A DNA stretch of 26,690 nt from an uncultured Oscillospiraceae bacterium (GCA_944385815.1 CALWYQ010000066.1:1-26690); one strand, 5' to 3'; positions 1 to 8,319 are shown, counted from the stretch's first letter. Numbers and translations: made by a program. The notes: a model not told the origin generated them from the sequence alone.

Positions 1-829
1 CCTGGCTGATGGCGGCTTTCAAGGCATAGCCTATGCTGCCGCCTATAATGGCGTTGGGTACAAAGGCATATTTGAATATCATGGCAAAGGTCTCAGGCAC
101 ATACCGGATGCGGCATATGAGCAGCACCAATCCGCCCAGGATATACAGGGCCGCCATTACCGGCACCATCTTCTCCGTCACCCCGGCAATGCGCTGTATT
201 CCGCCAAGGAAAACGAACACAGCCACCAGCGCCACCATCAGCCCCACTATCCAGCTGTGGATGCCGAATGCCGTGCTGCAAGTTTCGCCTATTGAATTGG
301 ACTGTACCATGCAGCCCATAAAGCCCAGGGCAAGTATTATGGCCACGGCAAAGAATCCGGCCAGGAATTTCCCCATGGGGCCCTTCACAGCCTTGCGGAT
401 ATAGTATACGGGGCCTCCGGCGATGCTGCCGTCAGCTCTGATCTCCCGGGTCTCCTGAGCCAGAACAGCCTCGGCATAGATAGTGGCCATGCCGAAAAAG
501 GCGATTATCCACATCCAGAAAATGGCCCCGGGGCCGCCGGTTAGTATCGCGCCCGAGGAGCCGACGATGTTGCCCGTGCCCACCTGCGCCGCTATGGCCG
601 TGGCCAGGGCCTGGAACGAGCTCATGCCGCTGTCGTGCTTGAAGCCCTTGAGCTTGAAATTCCCGAAGGTCCGGCGCATACCCTCGCCGAAGCAGCGCAC
701 CTGTATGAAGCGGGTGCGTATGGTGTACCACAGGCCCACGCCTATGAGCAGGAACACAAGGATATAGTTCGAGAGATACTCGTTAATCTTTACTACTATG
801 CCGTACAGCGTTTCTTCCAGCCCGGACAT
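1..829 (-). CDS. Sodium:alanine/glycine symporter (AGCS family). N-terminal 276 codons only; the gene continues past the left edge of the window.
   Basis: Absent from the ORF track because it is open at the window edge. My translation of the reverse strand from ATG 829..827 reads MSGLEETLYGIVVKINEYLSNYILVFLLIGVGLWYTIRTRFIQVRCFGEGMRRTFGNFKLKGFKHDSGMSSFQALATAIAAQVGTGNIVGSSGAILTGGPGAIFWMWIIAFFGMATIYAEAVLAQ... with no stop down to base 1. The SFQALxxAxAAxVGTGNIxG block and the repeated hydrophobic helices are typical of AGCS transporters. A GGAGG SD (841..837) lies 7 nt upstream of the ATG. Confidence 0.9.
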   Translation of the reverse strand, partial: MSGLEETLYGIVVKINEYLSNYILVFLLIGVGLWYTIRTRFIQVRCFGEGMRRTFGNFKLKGFKHDSGMSSFQALATAIAAQVGTGNIVGSSGAILTGGPGAIFWMWIIAFFGMATIYAEAVLAQETREIRADGSIAGGPVYYIRKAVKGPMGKFLAGFFAVAIILALGFMGCMVQSNSIGETCSTAFGIHSWIVGLMVALVAVFVFLGGIQRIAGVTEKMVPVMAALYILGGLVLLICRIRYVPETFAMIFKYAFVPNAIIGGSIGYALKAAISQ

Positions 830-848
830 TTTTTCTCCTCCCTCTGCA

Positions 849-878
849 AACAAAAAAGCTGCGGAAAAGCCCGCAGCC
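849..878 (-). terminator. Intrinsic terminator forming the expression platform of the glycine riboswitch.
   Basis: On the minus strand: GCTGCGG (877..871), loop, CCGCAGC (864..858), followed by TTTTTTGTTT (857..848). It lies between the aptamers and the symporter SD. Confidence 0.8.
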
Positions 879-879
879 G

Positions 880-1085
880 AGAAAGGACAGGCCCAAAGCC
901 GGGCATACGCCCGGTGAGCCTGAGTCTCTGTCCTTTTGCCTGAGAGATTAGCGGCCCGCGCCGCCTTGCACCTTCGGCCCTCATTGCTGAGCTTCTCCAG
1001 AGTTCATCCACGCACAGTCTCCGTCCCGCAGGACGCCTGAGAGTTTCACTCCTTCGGCAAGCTGAGCTTTTTCCTGAGCGCTTCA
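880..1085 (-). promoter_or_regulatory. Tandem (two-aptamer) glycine riboswitch in the 5' leader of the AGCS symporter gene.
   Basis: The minus-strand RNA reads ...GCGCUCAGGAAAAAGCUCAGCUUGCCGAAGGAGUGAAACUCUCAGGCGUCCUGCGGGACGGAGA...ACUCUGGAGAAGCUCAGCAAUGAGGGCCGAAGGUGCAAGGCGGCGCGGGCCGCUAAUCUCUCAGGCAAAAGGACAGAG. It contains the glycine-aptamer hallmarks twice: CUCUGGAGA, (A/G)CCGAAGG(N)GCAA, and CUCUCAGGCAAAAGGACAG. AAAGGACAG (936..928) is complementary to CUGUCCUUU (890..882) in the platform, which gives an alternative pairing. Confidence 0.85.
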
Positions 1086-1110
1086 TCTGCAATGTTCACT
1101 TGAGGTGGAC

Positions 1111-1139
1111 ATTATAATGCAGCGGGCGGACATTGTCAA
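1111..1139 (-). promoter_or_regulatory. SigA-type promoter driving the riboswitch-symporter unit.
   Basis: On the minus strand: TTGACA (1139..1134), a 17-nt spacer, then TATAAT (1116..1111). Both hexamers are exact consensus. The predicted TSS is near 1104, just upstream of aptamer 1. Confidence 0.8.
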
Positions 1140-1167
1140 TACAGTCCGGGATATTTTGCCCCTTCGG

Positions 1168-1193
1168 ACAAAAACGGAGCCCGCGCCCCGGGC
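1168..1193 (-). terminator. Possible weak intrinsic terminator after the response regulator gene.
   Basis: On the minus strand: GCCCG-GGGCG-CGGGC (a 5-bp GC stem, 1193..1179), then UCCGUUUUUG. The stem is short and the U-tract is offset by 3 nt. Confidence 0.35.
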
Positions 1194-1216
1194 CAGGTGC
1201 GGCAATATGAAAAAAT

Positions 1217-2308
1217 TTATGAGTTCTTTTTAAAGCGGAACTGCGACGGCGTCATGCCGACGGCCTTTTTAAAGGTCTGCATGAAGTGCTTTTCATGGCG
1301 GTAGCCTACAAGCTCCGCTATGCGCTGTATGCTGAGCTGGTCCTGCAATAAGAGCTCCTTTGCGTGGTCTATGCGGACCTTGTGGATATAGGCCGTGAGC
1401 GTCACGCCCATTTTCTCCCTGAAAAGGCTGCTCAGATAGGGCGGGGAGACAAAAATCGCCTCCGCTATCCTCCCGAGGGTGAGGCTCTCCGCGTAGTGCC
1501 GGTCGATGTACTCAACGGCGGCCATGACGACGGACGAGCGCTTCCTGCCCTCGGCGATGAGGCAGTGCGCGTCCAGCGCGGCGGAGTGCAGGGCCTCGGA
1601 GAGCTGGGCGCAGGCGTTCTCGCGCGTCCAGCTGCGGTCAAAAAACACGTTCCCGGCCGGGAAGCTGCCGCTGCGCTCCATAACGAGCCGGCATATCTCA
1701 AAATACAGCATTTCGCCGTAATTGAGCGCCGCGGACAGCGGCAGGCCGGGCAGGCATTCGGCGAGGAAGCCGTCCACACTGCGCTTCACGTCCTCCGCGG
1801 AGCCCGCCGAGACGGCGGCGAGCACCCGGCGCTCGCCTTCCACGGGGTAACGCCCGGCGGAGGCCCTCGGCGCCTCGGCCTGGCAGTCCTTTACGAAGGA
1901 TATGAAATCATTGTTCGCAATGCCGCGGCTGACCTCAACATGCAGCAGGGCGCGCTGTATGGCCTCCATCAGCTCCCTGGGCGGGAAGGGCTTGAGCAGA
2001 TACTCCTCCACCTTCAGGCGTATGGCCTGCTGGGCGTAGCTGAATTCGTTATAGCCGCTGACTATTATAAAGGCCGGCGGGTTCGGAAGCTCCTCGCGGC
2101 AGCGCTCTATGACCTGTATGCCGCTGAGCTTTGGCATATATATGTCCAGGATGGCGATGTCCGGCCTGCAGCCGAGTATCATCTGCAGGGCCTCCTCCCC
2201 GTCGCCGGCGGCTCCTACCAGCTCAAGGCCGTTGGCGGCCCAGTCTATATACTGGATTATATTGTCCCTGGCTTCAATCTCGTCGTCTGCCAGCAGGATT
2301 TTTATCAT
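1217..2308 (-). CDS. Two-component response regulator, REC domain plus AraC-type HTH (YesN-like).
   Basis: 363 aa. N-terminal receiver motifs: ILLADDE, AILDIYMPKLSG, LLKPF. C-terminal AraC/XylS double HTH: LGRIAEAIFVSPPYLSSLFREKMG and IAELVGYRHEKHFMQTFKKAVGMTPSQFR. GGAGG (2321..2317) lies 8 nt upstream of the ATG. The start is 3 nt after the kinase stop codon. Confidence 0.93.
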   Translation of the reverse strand: MIKILLADDEIEARDNIIQYIDWAANGLELVGAAGDGEEALQMILGCRPDIAILDIYMPKLSGIQVIERCREELPNPPAFIIVSGYNEFSYAQQAIRLKVEEYLLKPFPPRELMEAIQRALLHVEVSRGIANNDFISFVKDCQAEAPRASAGRYPVEGERRVLAAVSAGSAEDVKRSVDGFLAECLPGLPLSAALNYGEMLYFEICRLVMERSGSFPAGNVFFDRSWTRENACAQLSEALHSAALDAHCLIAEGRKRSSVVMAAVEYIDRHYAESLTLGRIAEAIFVSPPYLSSLFREKMGVTLTAYIHKVRIDHAKELLLQDQLSIQRIAELVGYRHEKHFMQTFKKAVGMTPSQFRFKKNS

Positions 2309-2311
2309 GGC

Positions 2312-4147
2312 TTACACCTCCCGGTAGTCGTTTGGGATGGACAGATAGACCCCCGCCCCGCCGCCGGGCAGGTTCCGCAGCGTAAAGCCGCAGCGCTCCT
2401 GGTAACGTATCCTCAGCCTTTCATATATGTTGCGCAGCGCGAAGCGCTCCCCGCCCTGCTCCCCGCCGGGCCCGGACTTGAAATATTCCTCCAGCCTGTC
2501 CGGCCAGTGCTCGAGCAGCTCCTGGCTGAAGCCGACGCCGTTATCCTCCACCGCGAAGCTGAGCGTCCCGCCGTCCCCGGAGACGCCGGCCGAAATGCGC
2601 ACGGAAAAGTGCGTGTCGCCGCTGTCCATGCCGTGGACTATGCTGTTTTCCACAATGGGCTGGAGAATAAGCCTCGGTATGAGCGCGTCGTATACGGCCG
2701 GGTCGGCGTCTATCGTCCAGTGGATGCGGCTGCCGAAGCGGTACTGCTGCAGCTCGAGATAGTGGCGCACAAGGTCAAGGCTGCTGCGGACGCTTGTCAT
2801 CTCGCCGCCGCGGTTCAGGCTCAGCCGGAAGAACTGGCCGAGGTTGTATATTATGTCCGCCGTCGGCTCGTCGTGGTTCTTGAGCGCGCTCCAGTAGGCG
2901 GTGTGCAGCATGTTATAGAGGAAATGCGGGTTTATCTGCATCTGGAGCATGGAGAGCTCCGCCTCCTTCTCGCGCAGCTTGAGCACATAGTTCAGGTCTA
3001 CCAGCCGGCGGTTTTCCTCAACCATGTTGTTGAAAACCCGGCCGAGCCGTCCGATGTCGTCGGCATATTTAAAATCCGCCTTGGCGCCGTAGTCGCCCTT
3101 GGAGAAACGCCGCATGGAGTCCGAGAGCTTGTTGAGCGGCCGGGTGAGCATGTTTACGAATATGCGCGAGAGCAGCAGCATGGCCACGAGGAAAACGCAG
3201 ATTATCAGCAGTGCGGAGCGCATTATCGAGGTCTCGCGCCAGAAGGACGAGCTGTCCCGGTCTATGACGCAGCTTATAAAGGGCGTCCCCGCGCAGGACT
3301 GGTAGTAGAGGTTGAAGCCCTCGCCGTTAAAATCGGTCTGGTACACGGCGGGCTTCTCCGCGGCGTGCGAGCAGAGGTAGCCGATAAGCTCCCCGGGCAG
3401 GTCTATGCCCGTGCGGTTCAGGGCGACTTCGTTATTGTGCGAGAGCAGTATCGTGCTCTTCTGCGTGTCCGCCGCCATGTCGGAGCCGAGCAGCTTGCGC
3501 ACGTCCACGGAGACGGCGACGGCGCCGATGATCTCCTTGGTGTTGTAATCCGTCATCTTCTTCCACAGCACCAACTTTGGGGAGTGGTCCATGCTCATAA
3601 AATAATCCGAGTAGGCGGGGATATACTCCCACTCCGACTCGAGATAGGAGCCGACGAGCCGGTCGAAGGGCCGCTCGGGGTCGCGCCCGCTCTGGGGCAC
3701 CGGGCCGTAGGAGTTATCTATGGAGACAAAGTCTATCGCCTCGCCGCGGATATTGTAAAATACCACGCTCAGGAGGTACATCTTGAAGCGGGCGCTCTTG
3801 AGCAGCTCCTGCGTCCTTTCAAGCGGGACGGGAAGGCCGTCGTTGCTCATATTGACAAGCTCCTGGGCCTCGGTTGAGGAGATATAGTATTCAATGAGCC
3901 CGTCGAGGTAGCGCTGGTCCTTCTCTATCAGGATGCGCACGTATTCGAGGGACTGCAGCCCCTTTGCGTCCTGCCTGTCGCGGATGTACCGCAGCCCGCT
4001 GTCGGCGAGGACGAGGGAGGTGAAAATGAGCACGGCTAAAAGGATGCCGGAAAACATGAGCGAAAACTTGGTGCTCAGCTTGAGGTCCAAAAACCTTTTG
4101 ACCGCCTTCCCGATAAGGCCGTGGCGCCTTCCTTGGCCAGTGTGCAT
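2312..4147 (-). CDS. Sensor histidine kinase, YesM/LytS-type (His_kinase plus HATPase_c) with two TM segments and a HAMP-like linker.
   Basis: TM1 is FSLMFSGILLAVLIFTSLVLA. There is an extracytoplasmic segment of about 270 aa, then TM2 ALLIICVFLVAMLLLSRIF followed by LTRPLNKLSDSMRRF. The H-box is QINPHFLYNMLH. The ATPase boxes are VENSIVHG and EDNGVGF. I prefer the ATG at 4147 (MHTGQ...) because GGAGG (4159..4155) sits 7 nt upstream. The track start at 4162 is the alternative. Confidence 0.9.
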   Translation of the reverse strand: MHTGQGRRHGLIGKAVKRFLDLKLSTKFSLMFSGILLAVLIFTSLVLADSGLRYIRDRQDAKGLQSLEYVRILIEKDQRYLDGLIEYYISSTEAQELVNMSNDGLPVPLERTQELLKSARFKMYLLSVVFYNIRGEAIDFVSIDNSYGPVPQSGRDPERPFDRLVGSYLESEWEYIPAYSDYFMSMDHSPKLVLWKKMTDYNTKEIIGAVAVSVDVRKLLGSDMAADTQKSTILLSHNNEVALNRTGIDLPGELIGYLCSHAAEKPAVYQTDFNGEGFNLYYQSCAGTPFISCVIDRDSSSFWRETSIMRSALLIICVFLVAMLLLSRIFVNMLTRPLNKLSDSMRRFSKGDYGAKADFKYADDIGRLGRVFNNMVEENRRLVDLNYVLKLREKEAELSMLQMQINPHFLYNMLHTAYWSALKNHDEPTADIIYNLGQFFRLSLNRGGEMTSVRSSLDLVRHYLELQQYRFGSRIHWTIDADPAVYDALIPRLILQPIVENSIVHGMDSGDTHFSVRISAGVSGDGGTLSFAVEDNGVGFSQELLEHWPDRLEEYFKSGPGGEQGGERFALRNIYERLRIRYQERCGFTLRNLPGGGAGVYLSIPNDYREV

Positions 4148-4220
4148 ATACGGAGCCTCCATGATTATAATTCCCTGCCTCTATTTTACTACGCAATGCA
4201 ACTCCCCGGCGCGGAGGGCA

Positions 4221-4256
4221 GTCAAAAGGGCCGGGGCGCTTCAGGCGCCCCGGCCC
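4221..4256 (-). terminator. Intrinsic terminator ending the ABC/M24 operon.
   Basis: On the minus strand: GGGCCGGGGCGC (4256..4245), 5-nt loop, GCGCCCCGGCCC (4239..4228), followed by UUUUGAC. It starts 7 nt after the stop codon of the M24 gene at 4263. Confidence 0.8.
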
Positions 4257-4262
4257 TGCCTT

Positions 4263-5465
4263 TTATACGACGAGCGGCTCGACCGTTTTGCCGTTGAGGA
4301 AGCAGCAGCCGCCGTCTGTTACGACGACGTTCTGCCTCAGCGTCAGGACGCCTACGGAGGCGTGGCGCACGGAGGCGGTGAGCGTGAGCGTCATGCCGGG
4401 GCGGAGGACAAATTTGCTGCCGGCGCGCAGCAGCGGCCCGTCGATGCGGCCCCAGCCGATGCCGGAGCCGGCGTAGCCCGGCTGCACTACCCAGCCTGCC
4501 TTGCCCTGCGCGGCGGCAAAGGCGTCCATGGCCTCGGCCGCGTCGCCGGCGCAGGCGCCGGGCCTGACGGCGGACATGGCGCGCTCTATCATGCCGGAGG
4601 CGAGCTCCCAGGCCGGCTGCTGCTCGGGCTGCACCCCGCCGACAACGATGTTTGCGGTGAAGGGCGCGTTGAGCTCCCGGCGCACGGCGCCGCCCTCCAC
4701 GTGGATCGTCGTGCCGGGCGCGTCGGGGATGACGACGGCGTCGGAGGCCGGGCAGCCGGCGCACAGGGCGCGCCCGGCCCCGGCGAGCACGCTCATGTAT
4801 GTGAAGTGCTCGCTGCCGGCGAGATAGCCGGCCTTGGCTATCTCCCTGTAGAGCTCCAGCTCGGTCATGGCGCCGGGCCTGACGGCCTCGAGGCCCCTCG
4901 CCGCGGCGCGGCGGTTTATCTCCTCCGCGTCGCGCAGGTTCCTGAGCTGGGCCTCGCTCTTTACGGCGAGGATATCCCAGAAGAGCTCGGAGGAATCGAC
5001 AAATTCGAGCCCGGGGAACTCGCGTCTGAGGTCGTTGAACATGGCGATGTCCATGTGCAGGTGGAAGCCGCCGCTGAGCTCGCAGCCTATGCGGCCCTTA
5101 GTGAAGCCGAGGTGGCGCAGGGTGTAGCACAGCGCGTCATAGTAGTTGAGGGCCACGCCGTAACGCCCGGAGGCGTCGAAGAAGTAGAAGTCCTCCTTCT
5201 CGAGGCAGGTGGTGTACATGGCGGTGTCCACGGCGCTGAAGGAGCCTACAACGCCGAAATTCCCGTCGGCGCCGAGGAAGATAAGGCCCGGCGTGGACAG
5301 CTTGCTCTTCCACGCGACGGAGCGCAGGCCGGTCAGGTAGCAGACCATGGCCTTGGAGGAGCCCATTATGCAGTCGAGGCCGGCCGCCTTTATCTTTTCG
5401 GCCGCCCCGGCCATGCGGTCCTTGAACTCGGAAACGGGATACTCAAGCATCGGTGATTGACGCAT
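4263..5465 (-). CDS. M24-fold (creatinase/prolidase family) protein with degenerate metal-binding residues.
   Basis: 400 aa with a Creatinase_N-like N-terminal half and a pita-bread C-terminal half. It aligns by eye to the adjacent paralog, anchored on (M/A)VRPGA and PGM. The five canonical M24 metal-ligand positions read E (IHVEGG), P/F (NAPFT), S (AGSGIG), T (LTLTAS) and Q (LRQN) instead of D, D, H, E, E. A GGAGG SD lies 9 nt upstream of the ATG at 5465. Confidence 0.85.
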   Translation of the reverse strand: MRQSPMLEYPVSEFKDRMAGAAEKIKAAGLDCIMGSSKAMVCYLTGLRSVAWKSKLSTPGLIFLGADGNFGVVGSFSAVDTAMYTTCLEKEDFYFFDASGRYGVALNYYDALCYTLRHLGFTKGRIGCELSGGFHLHMDIAMFNDLRREFPGLEFVDSSELFWDILAVKSEAQLRNLRDAEEINRRAAARGLEAVRPGAMTELELYREIAKAGYLAGSEHFTYMSVLAGAGRALCAGCPASDAVVIPDAPGTTIHVEGGAVRRELNAPFTANIVVGGVQPEQQPAWELASGMIERAMSAVRPGACAGDAAEAMDAFAAAQGKAGWVVQPGYAGSGIGWGRIDGPLLRAGSKFVLRPGMTLTLTASVRHASVGVLTLRQNVVVTDGGCCFLNGKTVEPLVV

Positions 5466-5496
5466 AATCTTTTACCTCCCTTTGCAGCAGTATTGG

Positions 5497-6705
5497 TCAG
5501 GAGCGCCGCGGGACATAGATGTCCTGCAGCTGAGGCGTCAGATTCTCGCAGCCGTCCTCAGTTACAAGATAGTTGTTCTCAAGGACGATCTGGCCCTCAA
5601 CGGGGTGGATAATGGTCGGCTCGAAGGCAAAGACCATGCCGGGCTTGAATTCCTTGTCGGCAAACACGCTCTTGATAACCGGCATCTCGTGGACGTCGAG
5701 GCCGACGCCGTGGCCGGAGTTATTCATGGTCAGGCAGATATCCTCAACGCCGTGGGCGCGCATGAAGTCGTCGTGCGCCTTGCAGAAGTCGCCGATCCTG
5801 GCGCCGGGCCTGACCATTGCGATGCAGGATTTGTGGCACTCGAGGCTGATGTCATAGAAGTCCTGCTGGGCCTTAGTGGGCGGATTGAGCTTGCCTATGC
5901 GTATCATGTCGGAGACATAGCCCTTATAGGACGGGCCGCTGTCGGCAAAAACGCACCAGTCGGGGTCCTCATACACGCGCGCGCCGGGCATGCAGTTCGG
6001 CTGCGGGCGGTCCGGGCCGAATTCGACAATGAGCTGGTACTCAAAGTCGTCGGCGCCCATGTCGAAGGAAGCGGCGACATACTCGTGGTACATCTCCTCC
6101 TCGGTGGTCTTGCCGAGCTCGAGCTTGTCCATGGCGGCCTTGAAGGCGTCTACGGACATGCCGCAGCACTTGCGCATTACCTCGATCTCGCGCGGGGACT
6201 TTATCTCGCGCAGGTCGAAGATATATTTGGCGAAGTCCATGGGCTGCATACCGGGCAGGGCCTCAAACAGGGCCGTGTAGTCGCCGTAGGTTATGCGCAT
6301 ACGGGCGACAAGGCCGGTCTCGGTGCCGAGCCTGCCGGAGGTCACGCCGAGCCGGCTGAGGGCGGAGACGATGGCCGGGACAAAGGCCTCGTGGCTGCCC
6401 GGCTCGCCAAAGCCGTCGAAGGCAAGAATCTCGCTTTCGGCGAGGCAGCAGGTGGCGAGGGCCGTGGGCAGCTGGCGCGTCGAGGTAACAAGCGCGGCCT
6501 TCCCGCCGCGCGCGGCGAGCAGCATCGCGGGATAGGCAAACTCGCTGTTCCAGCCGGCGGAGCGGTAGTCGCAGAAATAGCGCAGGTTTTCCTCGTTTGT
6601 CAGCAGTACGGCCTCGCAGCCCGCCTCCTCTATTTTGGCGAAAAGGCCGGCCATCCTCGCTTCGTACTCGTCGAGGGGGAACTCCAGCGTGGGAGCGCTT
6701 CTCAT
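5497..6705 (-). CDS. M24 family metallopeptidase (Xaa-Pro dipeptidase/aminopeptidase-like) with intact metal ligands.
   Basis: Canonical ligands are present: D (FADSG), D (YVSDMIR), H (SGHGVGLDVHE), E (FAFEP), E (VLENN). I moved the start to the ATG at 6705 (MRSAPTLEFPLDEYEARMAG). GGAAAGGAGAG lies about 7 nt upstream, and the longer track ORF (to 6738) would read through the GC hairpin at 6726-6750. Confidence 0.88.
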   Translation of the reverse strand: MRSAPTLEFPLDEYEARMAGLFAKIEEAGCEAVLLTNEENLRYFCDYRSAGWNSEFAYPAMLLAARGGKAALVTSTRQLPTALATCCLAESEILAFDGFGEPGSHEAFVPAIVSALSRLGVTSGRLGTETGLVARMRITYGDYTALFEALPGMQPMDFAKYIFDLREIKSPREIEVMRKCCGMSVDAFKAAMDKLELGKTTEEEMYHEYVAASFDMGADDFEYQLIVEFGPDRPQPNCMPGARVYEDPDWCVFADSGPSYKGYVSDMIRIGKLNPPTKAQQDFYDISLECHKSCIAMVRPGARIGDFCKAHDDFMRAHGVEDICLTMNNSGHGVGLDVHEMPVIKSVFADKEFKPGMVFAFEPTIIHPVEGQIVLENNYLVTEDGCENLTPQLQDIYVPRRS

Positions 6706-6725
6706 AATAACTCTCCTTTCCAAAG

Positions 6726-6750
6726 GCCGCCCGCGCAATGCGCGGGCGGC
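6726..6750 (-). promoter_or_regulatory. Intercistronic GC-rich stem-loop directly after the binding-protein gene.
   Basis: Perfect 11-bp stem GCCGCCCGCGC / GCGCGGGCGGC with a 3-nt loop. On the minus strand it is followed only by CUUUGG, so it is not a strong terminator. Confidence 0.6.
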
Positions 6751-6762
6751 GCGGATTTGTGC

Positions 6763-8319
6763 TTACTTGGAAGTTATAAAGCGGTACTCGGAATACCACT
6801 CGGGGTCGAGGTCAAGGCCGGTGAGGTCCTTGCTGATGCCCCAGATATTGTCCGCAAAGCGCACCCACAGCCAGGGCATTTCGTCGCGGAGCAGGGTCTG
6901 AAGCTCGGTGTAATACCCGGCGCGCAGCTCGGCGTCCATCTCCTTGGAGGCGAGGTCGAAGAGCTCGTTTACCTCGGGGTTATCGTAGTTGATCCAGTCG
7001 GCGCCGTCGTTGCCGGCCTGGAACATGGCGCGGTAGAACTCGCCGTCGTTGCCGCCGGCGACAAAGCCTAACAGGAAAGCCTGGGACTCGCCGTTATAAA
7101 TCTCGTTGAGCTGGGCGGAGAACTCCATGGACCGCACCTCGGTGTTGACGCCTATCTCCTTCCAGGCGTTGGCCAGCATCTGGGCCAGGGATATGCGGGC
7201 CTGGGACTCGTTGCAGCTCAGGATAAGGTCAAAGCCGTCGGCATAGCCGGCCTCGGCCAGGAGCTGCTTTGCCTTCTCGACGTCCTGCTCATACTGCTGG
7301 TCCTCGCCGGCGGGCACGTAGCAGGAGAGCGCCGGGGTCACAGGGCCGTCGGCCGGCAGGCCGCTGGCGAAGGCTATCTCGGAGATGGTGTCCATATCTA
7401 CGGCGTAGCGGAGCGCCTGGCGGACGCGCTTGTCGCTCAGCGGCTCATAGGCGGAGTTGAGGCCGCAGTAGTTGGTGGTGTAGCTCGGGGCGGAAACCAC
7501 GTCCACGACCTCGCTGTTTTTGAGCATATCAACCTGGGCGGGGGCGAAGTTGTAGGCTATGTCAACCTCGCCGGACTCGAGCGCGAGGGCGCGGGTGGTG
7601 TCGTCGGCGATGGTGCGGATGATGAGGTTCTTGAACTCGGGCAGCTCGCCCCAGTACTCCTCATTGCGCTCAAGGATGATGCGGTCGCCGGCAATCCAGT
7701 CAACAAACTTGTACGCGCCGGTGCCGACGGGCTGGCGGCCGTAGGCGTCGTCGCTGCCGGCGGCCTCGACGGCGCTCTTGCTGACGATGAGGGTGCCGTT
7801 GTTGGTGAGGTAGGAGAGGGCGGCCGGGAACACGTCCTTGGTGCCCAGCTCTATGGTGTACTCATCGACTATCCTGGTCTTGGCGGGGTCAAAGGGCTCG
7901 AAAATCATGGACTTCTGCGAGCAGGTGGCGCCGCGGTCAAAGGTGAACTTCACGTCCTCGGCGGTCATCTTGCTGCCGTCGTGGAAATAGACGTCGTCGC
8001 GCAGGTGGAAGCGGATGGTGTAGTCGTCAACGTATTCCCAGCTGGTGGCCAGGCTGGGCACGATTTCGCCGGTCTCATTGTCCTGGCGGACAAGGCCGTC
8101 GTAAATCTGGACGTTTACAAGCGCGGCGGGGACCATGTTCTGGTTGGGGGGATCGAGCACCGTGGGCTCGGCGTAGTTGCCGATAACCAGGGTGTCCTTA
8201 ACCTCTCCGTCACCGGTGTTTTCCGCGGACGGGTCGCCCTCCTGGGGGCTGCCTCCGCAGGCGGAGAGCAGCAGCACCATGGCGAGCATAAGGGCGAGAA
8301 TGCGCAGGTGAGATTTCAT
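6763..8319 (-). CDS. ABC transporter substrate-binding lipoprotein, family 5 (peptide/nickel/opine type, DppA/OppA-like).
   Basis: The signal peptide with lipobox is MKSHLRILALMLAMVLLLSAC-GG. The length of about 518 aa and the sequence pattern are typical of SBP_bac_5. I prefer the ATG at 8319 because GGAGG (8330..8326) abuts the track ATG at 8325 but lies 6 nt from 8319. Confidence 0.9.
   Translation of the reverse strand: MKSHLRILALMLAMVLLLSACGGSPQEGDPSAENTGDGEVKDTLVIGNYAEPTVLDPPNQNMVPAALVNVQIYDGLVRQDNETGEIVPSLATSWEYVDDYTIRFHLRDDVYFHDGSKMTAEDVKFTFDRGATCSQKSMIFEPFDPAKTRIVDEYTIELGTKDVFPAALSYLTNNGTLIVSKSAVEAAGSDDAYGRQPVGTGAYKFVDWIAGDRIILERNEEYWGELPEFKNLIIRTIADDTTRALALESGEVDIAYNFAPAQVDMLKNSEVVDVVSAPSYTTNYCGLNSAYEPLSDKRVRQALRYAVDMDTISEIAFASGLPADGPVTPALSCYVPAGEDQQYEQDVEKAKQLLAEAGYADGFDLILSCNESQARISLAQMLANAWKEIGVNTEVRSMEFSAQLNEIYNGESQAFLLGFVAGGNDGEFYRAMFQAGNDGADWINYDNPEVNELFDLASKEMDAELRAGYYTELQTLLRDEMPWLWVRFADNIWGISKDLTGLDLDPEWYSEYRFITSK

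Noticed and set aside
1364-3877. 837-aa + strand ORF, the longest in this part of the track.
   Set aside because: It lies antisense to the well-supported response regulator and histidine kinase genes. Its translation is Ala/Gly/Arg/Val/Leu-rich low complexity with no recognisable motifs and no SD. This is a typical shadow ORF of GC-rich DNA.
4164-4169. Exact TATAAT (minus strand) immediately upstream of the kinase ORF.
   Set aside because: It sits 1 nt from the track ATG at 4162, with no acceptable -35 at 16-18 nt. Used as a -10, it would put the TSS inside the GGAGG SD of the preferred start at 4147. The kinase promoter remains undefined.
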